From NCBI GenBank assembly GCA_944358865.1, contig CALVRV010000002.1, positions 12,433 to 76,432 of the forward strand: a stretch of DNA of 64,000 nucleotides, read 5' to 3'. The notes below the pieces were generated by a model. The model saw only the letters and a program-made list of their open reading frames with translations. It was not told the origin of the DNA and did not search any database. Of the stretch, positions 8,868 through 18,339 are shown one piece after another. A program made the translations under genes and the position numbers. The first letter of the stretch is position 1, and each line of letters begins with the position of its first letter. Source of the DNA: an uncultured Bacilli bacterium. GTDB taxonomy: Bacteria > Bacillota_I > Bacilli_A > RFN20 > CAG-826.

Positions 8868-10313
8868 ATGAAAACTAAAAATTTTGATACCAAAGTACAA
8901 GACTTAAAATATCGTGTTTTAAAAGAAGTTGCAAAATATGCATGGGAAGGAACTTTAATTGATCATGTTTTAGATATTCCTAATATTATTGTTCCTGGTA
9001 AAAAACCTACCATGCGTTGCTGTGTTTATAAAGAAAAAGCTATCGCGGCTGAACGGGTAAAATTAGCGATGGGTGGTAATCCTAATAATCCTAATATTAT
9101 TGAAGTTATCGATATTGCATGTGATGATTGCCCAACTGGTGGTTTTCATGTCACTGATGCTTGTCGAGGCTGTTTAGCACATCGTTGTGAAGAAGCATGT
9201 CGACTTAACGCCATATATTTTGATGAAAATCGTCGCGCGCACATTGATAAGAGTAAATGTGTTGAATGTGGTCAATGCGCTAAATCGTGTTTTTATAACG
9301 CGATTATATCTTTTAAAAGACCATGCGAGGCATCTTGTAAAATTAACGCTATTAGCATGAGCGAAGATAAAACTGCTCGAATTAATAATGATGATTGTAT
9401 TGCATGTGGTGCTTGCTCATATCAATGTCCTTTTGGTGCTATTATGGACAAATCATTTATTATTAATGTTATTGATTTTATTAAAAAAAGTGAAAACAAC
9501 ACTAAATACAAAGTTTACGCTATTGTTGCGCCATCAATCGCGGGTCAATTTAGATATGCTAAATTAGGTCAAGTTGTCGCAGGTCTTAAAAAAATTGGAT
9601 TTTTTAGTGTTGTAGAAGTTGCTTTAGGTGCTGATATGGTTGCTTATCTAGAGAGCCAAGAATTAGCAAAAAAAGGCTTTTTAACTAGCTCTTGTTGTCC
9701 AGCATTTGTAAGTTATGTCGAAAAGAAATTTCCAAATTTAAAACAATATGTTTCTCATAATTTATCCCCAATGGGAACAATTGCTAAATATATAAAAGAG
9801 ACAGATCCAACTTCTAAGATTGTCTTTATTGGACCTTGCACGGCTAAAAAAGCTGAAATTAAACGTGATGAAGTCAAAGGATTAGTTGATGTAGTCATGA
9901 CTTTTGAAGAACTACAAGCTTTAATTGATTCTAAAGATATTGATTTAACAACTTTAGAAGATGATGTTTTAGATAATGCTTCATATTATGGTCGTATTTT
10001 TGCTCGTAGCGGTGGTGTTAGTGACGCAGTTAAACAAGCAATAAAAGAACAAAATATCGAATTTGAAGTTAAGCCTGAAGTATGTAATGGAATTGAGGCT
10101 TGCCGTCTAGCGCTTATTAAGAAAAATAATAATAAACTTGACGCTAATTTCATTGAAGGCATGGCTTGTGTTGGAGGCTGTATTGGTGGAGCAGGTAATG
10201 TTACCCACAGCATAATTAATGCAAGCGAAGTTGATAAATATGGTAGACAAGCTCTAGAAAAAAATATTACTACTGCTGTAAGTGTTTATGATTTAAACGT
10301 CAAATCAAAATAA
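8868..10313 (+). CDS. hydA: Catalytic-type monomeric [FeFe] hydrogenase
   Basis: Canonical H-cluster motifs TSSCCPAFV, GPCTAKKAE and EGMACVGGCIGGAG. Two 4Fe-4S ferredoxin motifs (CVECGQCAKSC, CIACGACSYQCP) and additional N-terminal Cys. Confidence 0.85.
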   Translation: MKTKNFDTKVQDLKYRVLKEVAKYAWEGTLIDHVLDIPNIIVPGKKPTMRCCVYKEKAIAAERVKLAMGGNPNNPNIIEVIDIACDDCPTGGFHVTDACRGCLAHRCEEACRLNAIYFDENRRAHIDKSKCVECGQCAKSCFYNAIISFKRPCEASCKINAISMSEDKTARINNDDCIACGACSYQCPFGAIMDKSFIINVIDFIKKSENNTKYKVYAIVAPSIAGQFRYAKLGQVVAGLKKIGFFSVVEVALGADMVAYLESQELAKKGFLTSSCCPAFVSYVEKKFPNLKQYVSHNLSPMGTIAKYIKETDPTSKIVFIGPCTAKKAEIKRDEVKGLVDVVMTFEELQALIDSKDIDLTTLEDDVLDNASYYGRIFARSGGVSDAVKQAIKEQNIEFEVKPEVCNGIEACRLALIKKNNNKLDANFIEGMACVGGCIGGAGNVTHSIINASEVDKYGRQALEKNITTAVSVYDLNVKSK

Positions 10314-10314
10314 G

Positions 10315-11295
10315 ATGATTTATTTATTGTATGGTGATCAAAATGTAATGATTAACAATCGTTTAAAAAAGATTGTTAAAGAAAGACTTCCTTTTCAAGA
10401 TGCTTTAAATTATATTACTTTTGACCTAGATAATAGCGATATCAAACAAGCTATTGATGAAGCGTGTTATTTACCTTTAGGATATGATCATAAAGTTGTT
10501 GTTATTAAAAATTGCAATTTTTTAAGAAAAACACCTTTAAAAACAAGAAATAAAAATAATGATAGCAATCAAGATTTATCTTTGTTAATAAAATATTTAA
10601 AAAAAGATAATAATCAATGCGATTTAATTTTGATTTATCAAGGTAGTGATATTAATCTTTCAAGTGACATTTATAAAATTATCAGCGAAAAAGGACAAGT
10701 TAAACAACTTCTATCAATTGAAAGAAAAGACTGGAATACATACATATATCGTTATTTTGTCGAATCTTTAAAAATTCAAATTGATCGCGACGCTATTGAA
10801 GAATTGGCTAATCGAGTCAAGGGCGATTTAAATATTTTTGTTAATGAAGCAAATAAATTATCATTATACACTGACCATGTTCGATATGAAGATGTTGTTA
10901 AATTAGTCACACGTCCTTTAGAAGATAATGCTTTTAGTATTTTTAATTATTTATTAGATAAAAATATTAATGACGCTTTAATATTATTAGATGATTTATT
11001 TTTTGATAATGTTGAACCAGTTACTTTAATATCGATGCTTGCTAATCAATTCCGTCTTCTTTTGGAAATTATTCATTTAGCAAGAAATAATAATTTAAAT
11101 AATGCTCAAATTGCTGAAGAATTAAAAATAAAAGAAGTAAGGGTAAAAATATTAAAAAAATATCTTTTTACCATATCTATTAATCAAATAATGGATGTAT
11201 TAGATAATTTATATTTTTTAGATTATAAAATAAAAAGCGGACAAGTCGACCGCTTCTTTGCTTTTAAAATGTTTGTAATAAATTTTAATTTTTAA
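10315..11295 (+). CDS. holA: DNA polymerase III delta subunit
   Basis: 326 aa with N-terminus IYLLYGDQ typical of HolA. Its position between comEC and rpsT matches Bacillus. Confidence 0.8.
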   Translation: MIYLLYGDQNVMINNRLKKIVKERLPFQDALNYITFDLDNSDIKQAIDEACYLPLGYDHKVVVIKNCNFLRKTPLKTRNKNNDSNQDLSLLIKYLKKDNNQCDLILIYQGSDINLSSDIYKIISEKGQVKQLLSIERKDWNTYIYRYFVESLKIQIDRDAIEELANRVKGDLNIFVNEANKLSLYTDHVRYEDVVKLVTRPLEDNAFSIFNYLLDKNINDALILLDDLFFDNVEPVTLISMLANQFRLLLEIIHLARNNNLNNAQIAEELKIKEVRVKILKKYLFTISINQIMDVLDNLYFLDYKIKSGQVDRFFAFKMFVINFNF

Positions 11296-11304
11296 AAATA
11301 AAAT

Positions 11305-11571
11305 TTATTTTGCAATAGAATTGACTAAATTAGCAATTTCTGCTTTTTGTCTTGCACCTGTATTTTGATGTTGAATGCCATCAGAAACAGATTTATCAAT
11401 TAAACGATAAGCTTCTTGCATTAATTTATTTGCTAATTCATAGTCTTTGCCTTCAACAGCTTTTCTTACTTTTTTAATAGCAGTACGAACTGCAGATTTT
11501 GCACTTGCGTTACGCATACGTGCTTTTTCATTTGTTCTATTACGTTTTTCTTGTGATTTAATGTTTGCCAT
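11305..11571 (-). CDS. rpsT: 30S ribosomal protein S20
   Basis: 88 aa, MANIKSQEKR...N-terminus, basic alpha-helical protein typical of S20. Confidence 0.95.
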   Translation of the reverse strand: MANIKSQEKRNRTNEKARMRNASAKSAVRTAIKKVRKAVEGKDYELANKLMQEAYRLIDKSVSDGIQHQNTGARQKAEIANLVNSIAK

Positions 11572-11598
11572 AACTAATTCCTCTTTATAACGGCTATT

Positions 11599-11627
11599 AT
11601 GATATCAAAAAAGATATTAGCATTCAA
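11599..11627 (-). promoter_or_regulatory. Candidate rpsT promoter
   Basis: On the minus strand: TTGAAT (11627-11622), 17-nt spacer, TATCAT (11604-11599). RBS AAGAGGA follows upstream of the rpsT ATG. Confidence 0.4.
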
Positions 11628-11690
11628 CATAAATGTTGTTTTTTTACATTTTAGATATTTATTTTTTTAAAAAAAGCTATAATAGTTGAT

Positions 11691-12629
11691 ATGGAAACAA
11701 AATCTTGTCGAATTTTATTTATGGGCACTAGTGAAATATCTAGTTATGTTTTAGAATCATTAATTTTAGCTAATTATAATGTTGTTGGTGCAATTTCTCA
11801 GCCAGATAAGGCAGTTGGAAGAAAGAAAATTTTAACACCTACAAGTGTCAAATTAGTGTGTCAAAAATATCATATCAATTGTTATCAACCAATAAAAATT
11901 AGAAATGATTTTGAATTTGTAAAAGATTTAAAACCAGATGTAATTATAACATTTGCTTATGGTCAAATCGTGCCGCAGGAATTATTAGATATTCCAACGA
12001 TTGGATCAATTAATTTACATGGTTCTATTTTACCAAAACTACGTGGCGCCGCTCCTATACAACGAGCGATTATTAATGGTGATAAAATAACTGGCATTAC
12101 CTTAATGGAAATGGTCAATAAAATGGATGCTGGTAAGATGTATGCTAAAAAATATTTAAATATTGACGATGATGATAATTCGACAACATTGTTTAATAAA
12201 ATGAAAATATTAGCTAAAGATGTTATTTTAGAATATCTTCCTTTATATATTAACGGTTCATTAAAAGGTGAAGAGCAAGATGAAAGCCAAGTTAGTTTTG
12301 CTAATATGATCAAAAAAGATGATGAAAAATTAAAATTAGATTTGACATGTAAACAATTTATAAATTGGGTTAGAGGATTAAGTGAGAATCCAGGCGGATA
12401 TTTATATTTTAAAAATAAAAAACTTATTTTATACAAAGTAAAATTATCTTTACTTTCTCCTTCAAATTGTCTTGGAGAAATAATTAATGCTGATAAAAAT
12501 AGTCTTACTTTTTCTTTAAAAGATGGGGCAATTGATATTCTTGAATTAAAATTAGAAGGTAAAAATAAAATGTCATATAAGGATTTTGTCAATGGTCACC
12601 ATGATTTATTAGGTGAAATATTATCTTAA
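11691..12629 (+). CDS. fmt: Methionyl-tRNA formyltransferase
   Basis: 312 aa. Contains ILFMGT, the formyltransferase core SINLHGSILPKLRGAAPIQRAI, and a C-terminal Fmt domain. Confidence 0.9.
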   Translation: METKSCRILFMGTSEISSYVLESLILANYNVVGAISQPDKAVGRKKILTPTSVKLVCQKYHINCYQPIKIRNDFEFVKDLKPDVIITFAYGQIVPQELLDIPTIGSINLHGSILPKLRGAAPIQRAIINGDKITGITLMEMVNKMDAGKMYAKKYLNIDDDDNSTTLFNKMKILAKDVILEYLPLYINGSLKGEEQDESQVSFANMIKKDDEKLKLDLTCKQFINWVRGLSENPGGYLYFKNKKLILYKVKLSLLSPSNCLGEIINADKNSLTFSLKDGAIDILELKLEGKNKMSYKDFVNGHHDLLGEILS

Positions 12630-12630
12630 T

Positions 12631-14982
12631 ATGGGCATTTATCAATTAACTTTAAGTGTACATCAACTAGTTGATTTTTTATTAAGAAGTGGCGATATCG
12701 ATAATCGTGTTTTTAATAAAGAAACAATGAATGAAGGTTCTAGACTTCATGCCTTATATCAAAGCAAACAAAATAATAATTATCTTGCCGAATATAATTT
12801 AAAACAAACCTTTCACTATCAAGATTATGATATAACTTTACAAGGTCGCGCTGATGGAATAATTATTGAGAAAGATACATTTATTATTGATGAAATAAAA
12901 ACTAGTGTTGAAGATTTAAATACTTTTAAAGAAAAGCACCTAGATTGGCATTTAGGGCAAGCTAAATGTTATGCTTTAATGTTTTGTAAAGAAAGAAAAT
13001 TAAATGATATTCAAATTCGAATATCTTATTTTAGACAAGGTAAAAAAGATAAATTATTTTTAAATTTTACTTTTCAATATGATGAATTATTAGAATTTAT
13101 AAACAATCTTTTTGAGCAATATTTAAATTTTTATAATATTATTTTAAGAAATCGAATTTTGTTAAATGAAAGTATTAAAGATTTACCTTTTCCTTTTAAA
13201 AATTATCGAAATGGCCAGCAAAAGTTAGCTAAATTTGTTTATTTTGTTGGAAAACAAAGAAAAAAATTATTTGTCCAAGCTCCAACCGGTATTGGTAAAA
13301 CAATGTCTTGTCTTTATCCTTTTGTCAAATTATTAAAAGATAATTCAGAAAGTAAAATTTTTTATTTGACCGCTAAAAATTCTGGTAAATTAAGCGCTGG
13401 TAACGCTATTGAAATTTTAAAAAATAAAGGGTTAAAAGCTCATTCAATTATTGTTACTGCTAAAGAAAAAATATGTCCTTATGTAGATAAAAATTGTAAT
13501 CCAGATGAATGTCCTCTAACTAAATCATATTATAACAATCTAGCACGTGTCTTATCATATTGTTTAGAAAAATATGATAGTTTTAATCAAGAAAATATTT
13601 TTGATATTGCTTTAAAAGAAAGCATGTGTCCTTTTGAATTAAGTTTAGATTTATCTTTATACTGCGATATTATTGTTTGTGATTATAATTATTTTTTTGA
13701 TCCTCTTGTATATATGAAAAGATATTTTGATGAGGATGCTTCTAATTTTTTATTATTAATCGATGAAGCGCACAATTTAGTAGATCGCAGTAAAGAAATG
13801 TATTCTGCAAATATTAATTTTGACAATATTAAAAAATATAAAAAAGAAAATAAAAATATCGATAATAAAAAATTAAAAAGAATTATCAATAAGCTTTATA
13901 AATTATCTAAACTATATGATTCAATTTGCCAAGATGAATACACTGTATTGTTAGATTTACTTGAAGATACAAATAAAATATTTAAAAATTTTTATAATGT
14001 CTATCTTGATATATCTAAAAATGAATCTAAATTAATTAATTCAAGATTAACTGACATTTTTTTAGATATTAATAAATTTATCAAAATTTATGAACTATAT
14101 TCAGATAACTATATTTTATATTTCCATAAAAAAATCATAAAAAATAAAAGTTATGACTTAAATTTAACTTTGAAATGTCTAGATGCATCAAAATATTTAT
14201 CTAGCCTTTTAAAAAATGTTAAGTCCTCAGTATTTTTTAGTGCGACATTGACACCATTTAATTATTACGCAGATGTTTTAGGAGGAGATAAAAATATTGA
14301 TCCATATTTATCTTTACCATCTCCTTTTCCTATTGAAAATATGCTTATGATGATTGCCCCTAATATATCAATAAAATATAAAAAAAGATTAGAAAGTTAT
14401 CAAATTGTCAGCGATTATATAAAGACTTTTATATCACATCAAAAAGGTAATTATTTTGTTTTTGCTCCAAGTTATGAATATTTAAACAATTTAATTCCTT
14501 ATTTAGATGATATTGACGCTAAAAAAGTGGTTCAGACAACTGATATGGATGATATAGAGAAGCAAAAATTTTTAGATAATTTTACTTTAAATCCTGATAA
14601 GACCACTGTTGGTGTGGTTGTTTTAGGTGGAGCTTTTAGTGAAGGAATTGATTTAGTTAGCGATCGTCTAATCGGCGCAGTTATTATTGGTGTTGGATTA
14701 CCAAAAGTTAGTTTTGAATTAGATGCAATAGCAAAATATTATGATAAATTAGGTATGCCTGGATTAGATTATGCTTATGTTGATCCTGGAATGAATAAAG
14801 TTATGCAAGCTGTAGGTCGTGTGATTAGAAGTGAAAAAGATAAGGGTGCAATACTATTAATTGATGAACGATATACGCTGAATAAATATCAAGATTTATT
14901 CAAAAGTGAGTGGCGCAATTACCAAGTCGTATTTAATAAAGAAGATATTAATCAATTATTGCTACAATTTTATAAAAAATAA
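12631..14982 (+). CDS. PD-(D/E)xK nuclease fused to XPD/DinG-type Fe-S DNA helicase
   Basis: N-terminal RecB-like nuclease motifs (GRADG, IDEIKT, QAKCYAL). Walker A QAPTGIGKT and a Cys cluster (CPYVDKNCNPDEC, MCPFE, VCDYNYFF). DEAH box LLIDEAHNL and motif VI QAVGRVIRS. The ORF track starts at GTG 12613; ATG 12631 is preferred because AGGTGA lies upstream. Confidence 0.8.
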   Translation: MGIYQLTLSVHQLVDFLLRSGDIDNRVFNKETMNEGSRLHALYQSKQNNNYLAEYNLKQTFHYQDYDITLQGRADGIIIEKDTFIIDEIKTSVEDLNTFKEKHLDWHLGQAKCYALMFCKERKLNDIQIRISYFRQGKKDKLFLNFTFQYDELLEFINNLFEQYLNFYNIILRNRILLNESIKDLPFPFKNYRNGQQKLAKFVYFVGKQRKKLFVQAPTGIGKTMSCLYPFVKLLKDNSESKIFYLTAKNSGKLSAGNAIEILKNKGLKAHSIIVTAKEKICPYVDKNCNPDECPLTKSYYNNLARVLSYCLEKYDSFNQENIFDIALKESMCPFELSLDLSLYCDIIVCDYNYFFDPLVYMKRYFDEDASNFLLLIDEAHNLVDRSKEMYSANINFDNIKKYKKENKNIDNKKLKRIINKLYKLSKLYDSICQDEYTVLLDLLEDTNKIFKNFYNVYLDISKNESKLINSRLTDIFLDINKFIKIYELYSDNYILYFHKKIIKNKSYDLNLTLKCLDASKYLSSLLKNVKSSVFFSATLTPFNYYADVLGGDKNIDPYLSLPSPFPIENMLMMIAPNISIKYKKRLESYQIVSDYIKTFISHQKGNYFVFAPSYEYLNNLIPYLDDIDAKKVVQTTDMDDIEKQKFLDNFTLNPDKTTVGVVVLGGAFSEGIDLVSDRLIGAVIIGVGLPKVSFELDAIAKYYDKLGMPGLDYAYVDPGMNKVMQAVGRVIRSEKDKGAILLIDERYTLNKYQDLFKSEWRNYQVVFNKEDINQLLLQFYKK

Positions 14983-14997
14983 GATAAAATATAGGCT

Positions 14998-16809
14998 ATG
15001 GATTTTAAGCAAGAAAAAATTAGAAACTTCTCAATCATCGCCCATATTGATCATGGTAAATCCACTTTAGCGGATCGAATTTTAGAATTAACTGGCGCAG
15101 TTGAAGAACGTGAGATGAAAGATCAACTTCTCGATTCTATGGATTTAGAAAGAGAAAGAGGCATTACTATTAAACTTAATGCTGTTACAATAAAATATAA
15201 CGACAATGGCGAAGATTATATATTTAATTTAATTGATACACCTGGGCATGTAGACTTTTCTTATGAAGTATCTCGTTCATTAGCAGCGTGTGAAGGAGCC
15301 TTATTAGTAGTTGATGCTTCACAAGGTGTTGAAGCACAAACTTTAGCTAATGTATATTTAGCAATAGATAATGATTTAACTATTATTCCTGTCATTAATA
15401 AAATTGATTTACCAAGCGCACAAATTGATTTGGTAAAACAAGAAATTGAGCAAAGAATTGGCATTGACGCTAGTAAAGCCTTATTAGTGTCTGCTAAAAC
15501 AGGAGCTAATATTGGTGATGTATTAAAAGCAATTGTAAAAGATATTCCTTGTCCCAATGGCGATATCAATAAACCATTAAAAGCCTTAATTTTTGATAGT
15601 TATTATGATTCGTATCGTGGGGTTGTTGTATTAGTAAGAATATTTGATGGGCAAGTTAATATTGGCGATAAAATTTATTTATGTAACGCCAAAAAAGAAT
15701 ATCAAGTTACTGAACTTGGAATTCGCACTCCTAAAGAATTAAAACTTAAATCTCTCCAAGCTGGTCAAGTTGGTTTTATATGTGCTCAAATTAAAGACAT
15801 TAAAGATGTTCATCCTGGTGATACAATAACCTTAAAAGATAATCCAACTTTATCTCCTTTACCAGGTTATCGCAAAATTAATCCAATGGTTTATTGCGGA
15901 CTTTATCCAGTTGACAGCGATGATTATTTAGCTTTAAAAGAGGCTTTAGAAAAGTTAGTTTTAAACGATGCTTCTTTATTTTATGAACCTGAAACAAGTC
16001 AAGCGCTAGGTTTTGGATTTCGTTTAGGGTTTTTAGGATTGCTCCATATGGATGTGGTTCAAGAAAGATTAGAAAGAGAATATGGATTAGATTTAGTTTT
16101 AACCGCACCAAGTGTTATTTATAAAGTTACATTAACTAATAAAGAAGTAATTAATTTAGATAATCCAAGTCGCTTACCTGATCTTTCTAAAGTTGATTAT
16201 ATTGAAGAACCATATGTTAAGGCTGATATAATGACTCCACAGGAATATATTGGTCCAATTATGGAATTATGCCAAGATAAAAGAGGAATATATAAAGATT
16301 TAGTTTATTTTGATGATACTAGATCAATATTAACTTATGAAATACCACTTTCAGAAATTATATATAACTTTTTTGATAGACTTAAATCTGTCACTAAAGG
16401 ATATGCTAGTTTAGATTATGAAATAAGTGATTATAAAAGATCTAATCTATGTAAATTAGATATTTTATTAAATGGTCAAGTTGTCGATGCACTATCTAGT
16501 ATTGTTTATAAACCAAGTGCTTATAATCGTGGTTTAGCAATCATTAGAAATTTAAAAAATATTATTCCAAGACAACAATTTGAAGTTCCAATTCAAGCTG
16601 CAATAGGGGGAAAAGTTATTGCTCGCGTCGATATAAAAGCGGTTAGAAAAGATGTTTTAGCTAAATGTTATGGAGGAGATATTACTCGTAAAAAGAAACT
16701 TTTAGAAAAACAAAAAGAAGGAAAAAAACGTCTTAAAAAAGTTGGATCAATAGAGATTCCTCAAGAAGCATTTATGACAATATTAAGTATCGATGATAAA
16801 GATAATTAG
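14998..16809 (+). CDS. lepA: Translation elongation factor 4 (LepA)
   Basis: 603 aa with GTPase motifs [14 protein letters not shown] and NKID. Conserved LepA C-terminal domain. Confidence 0.95.
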   Translation: MDFKQEKIRNFSIIAHIDHGKSTLADRILELTGAVEEREMKDQLLDSMDLERERGITIKLNAVTIKYNDNGEDYIFNLIDTPGHVDFSYEVSRSLAACEGALLVVDASQGVEAQTLANVYLAIDNDLTIIPVINKIDLPSAQIDLVKQEIEQRIGIDASKALLVSAKTGANIGDVLKAIVKDIPCPNGDINKPLKALIFDSYYDSYRGVVVLVRIFDGQVNIGDKIYLCNAKKEYQVTELGIRTPKELKLKSLQAGQVGFICAQIKDIKDVHPGDTITLKDNPTLSPLPGYRKINPMVYCGLYPVDSDDYLALKEALEKLVLNDASLFYEPETSQALGFGFRLGFLGLLHMDVVQERLEREYGLDLVLTAPSVIYKVTLTNKEVINLDNPSRLPDLSKVDYIEEPYVKADIMTPQEYIGPIMELCQDKRGIYKDLVYFDDTRSILTYEIPLSEIIYNFFDRLKSVTKGYASLDYEISDYKRSNLCKLDILLNGQVVDALSSIVYKPSAYNRGLAIIRNLKNIIPRQQFEVPIQAAIGGKVIARVDIKAVRKDVLAKCYGGDITRKKKLLEKQKEGKKRLKKVGSIEIPQEAFMTILSIDDKDN

Positions 16810-16878
16810 TAGTTTTTTAGTATTTATAATTGCATAGTTTTTAAATTTTTATATAATAATATAAAAGAGGTAAAAATT

Positions 16879-18330
16879 ATGGCATATGAAGAATATGGAG
16901 TTCGTTTTACAGAAGGTAAATATGCAACAAAATTAGAAGTCGCTAACGATTTACATACTCCTTTAATTGATGGAATTTGGAAAAAAATATTAGAATATCG
17001 TAAACCTTTTACTCATGCCTTACCATTATTTAGTATCGATAAAAGTATTCTTAATTTTTGCCTTTGCAATTCTATAAGTGGAAAAATTAATAGTTGTGAG
17101 ATGCGACTTATTAATTTATTAAAACGTTATTCTAAATTAAATAATGAAGAGACTAATGATTTGCAATTATTTGATAATACTTGCTACGTTGATATTTTAA
17201 AGAAAATATCATCGATGAATAATTTTGACTTAGATGACAATTATTTAAGCATGGTTGCTAATAAAAAGATTAATGATGATAGTCAACATTTTAAAATGCT
17301 TACTAATTATGTTAATGCTTTAAATAAAGCCAAAAAAATATATCACAATAAATTTGATGAAGATATGATTGCTGAGCTTTATTCAACATTAATAGACAAT
17401 TATGAATTAACTTATTTATATCGTAATCATGATAGCAAATCTCATTTATCAATGGTAAATCCAACTTATGAAGAAGCACCTTATCAAAAATTAGATAAAC
17501 TTATGTTAGATTTATGTAATTTTGTTAATAATAGCGATGTATCATACCTTGTTAAGGCAATGAGTGTCTTTTATTACATCAATTACATTAAGCCTTTTGA
17601 AAAATCTAATAAATATATGTCATTTTTATTAGCTAAAATAGTCTTAGCAAAATCTGATTTAGAAAATTTAGCTTTTGATTTAAATATAGAATCAATTCTT
17701 GTTAATTATAAAAATAGTATTCAAAAAGTATTCTTAGATGTTCAAAAAAGTAATGATTTAACTTATTTATTAATCGTGTTTTTAGATGCGACATTACAAA
17801 ATTGTGAATATCTATCTGAAATTATTAATAATTTAACTGCTTTACAATTAAAAAATGAATATTATGAGCAATCTTATCAAGAAGCAAATATCAAAAAAGA
17901 AGAAGTTAAGCAAGAAAATCATATTCAGGCTCAACTTCAAAATGAACTTTCTAATATTGAAAATGAAAAACCAATTACTATAAATAAAGAAAAGACATCA
18001 TCTTTAGATTCATTAGAGAGTAAGGATCTAGATGATAATAGACTAAATCTTGCGATAAATGTCTTGCCACCGTCATTAAGTGAAAAAGAATTACAAAGAT
18101 TAGAGGAAGATTTATTAGAAAGTGATCCTGAACTTAAACGTGGTCAAGCTTATTTTTATGTTCGTCATTGTACGATTGGCAAACGTTACACAATAAGCCA
18201 ATATAAAAAAGAATTAAGTTGTGCTTATGAAACGGCAAGAACGAGCATGGATTTACTTGCTAAATTAGGTTATTATCGTCAAGAAATGGTAAAAAATAAG
18301 AAGGTCTATACTCCAGTAAGAAGAAAGTAG
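16879..18330 (+). CDS. Fic-fold protein with degenerate active-site motif and C-terminal winged-helix domain
   Basis: Residues 180-300 follow the Fic-domain pattern. The HxFx(D/E)GNGRxxR position reads IKPFEKSNKYMSF (aa 237-249, nt 17587-17625). An E/K/Q-rich linker follows, then a C-terminal wHTH-like segment (YTISQYKKELSCAYETARTSMDLLAKLGY). Confidence 0.6.
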   Translation: MAYEEYGVRFTEGKYATKLEVANDLHTPLIDGIWKKILEYRKPFTHALPLFSIDKSILNFCLCNSISGKINSCEMRLINLLKRYSKLNNEETNDLQLFDNTCYVDILKKISSMNNFDLDDNYLSMVANKKINDDSQHFKMLTNYVNALNKAKKIYHNKFDEDMIAELYSTLIDNYELTYLYRNHDSKSHLSMVNPTYEEAPYQKLDKLMLDLCNFVNNSDVSYLVKAMSVFYYINYIKPFEKSNKYMSFLLAKIVLAKSDLENLAFDLNIESILVNYKNSIQKVFLDVQKSNDLTYLLIVFLDATLQNCEYLSEIINNLTALQLKNEYYEQSYQEANIKKEEVKQENHIQAQLQNELSNIENEKPITINKEKTSSLDSLESKDLDDNRLNLAINVLPPSLSEKELQRLEEDLLESDPELKRGQAYFYVRHCTIGKRYTISQYKKELSCAYETARTSMDLLAKLGYYRQEMVKNKKVYTPVRRK

Positions 18331-18339
18331 GGTTATAAA

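Noticed and set aside
11678-11693. TATAAT 7 nt upstream of the fmt ATG with no SD, suggesting a leaderless fmt mRNA.
   Set aside because: No acceptable -35 element lies at 16-18 nt spacing, and TATAAT occurs by chance often in this composition. The idea cannot be supported without transcription start data.
11963-12592. 209-aa ORF antisense to fmt, the longest of many nested or antisense track ORFs. Others include 2092-2292, 2561-2899, 3404-3682, 3791-3973, 3907-4191, 15261-15569, 22415-22672, 23501-23692, 23816-24076, 42723-43028, 55909-56145 and 61785-61985.
   Set aside because: All lie inside confidently identified genes on the other strand or in another frame. None has a recognisable motif or RBS, and their composition is low-complexity. 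They are treated as chance ORFs.
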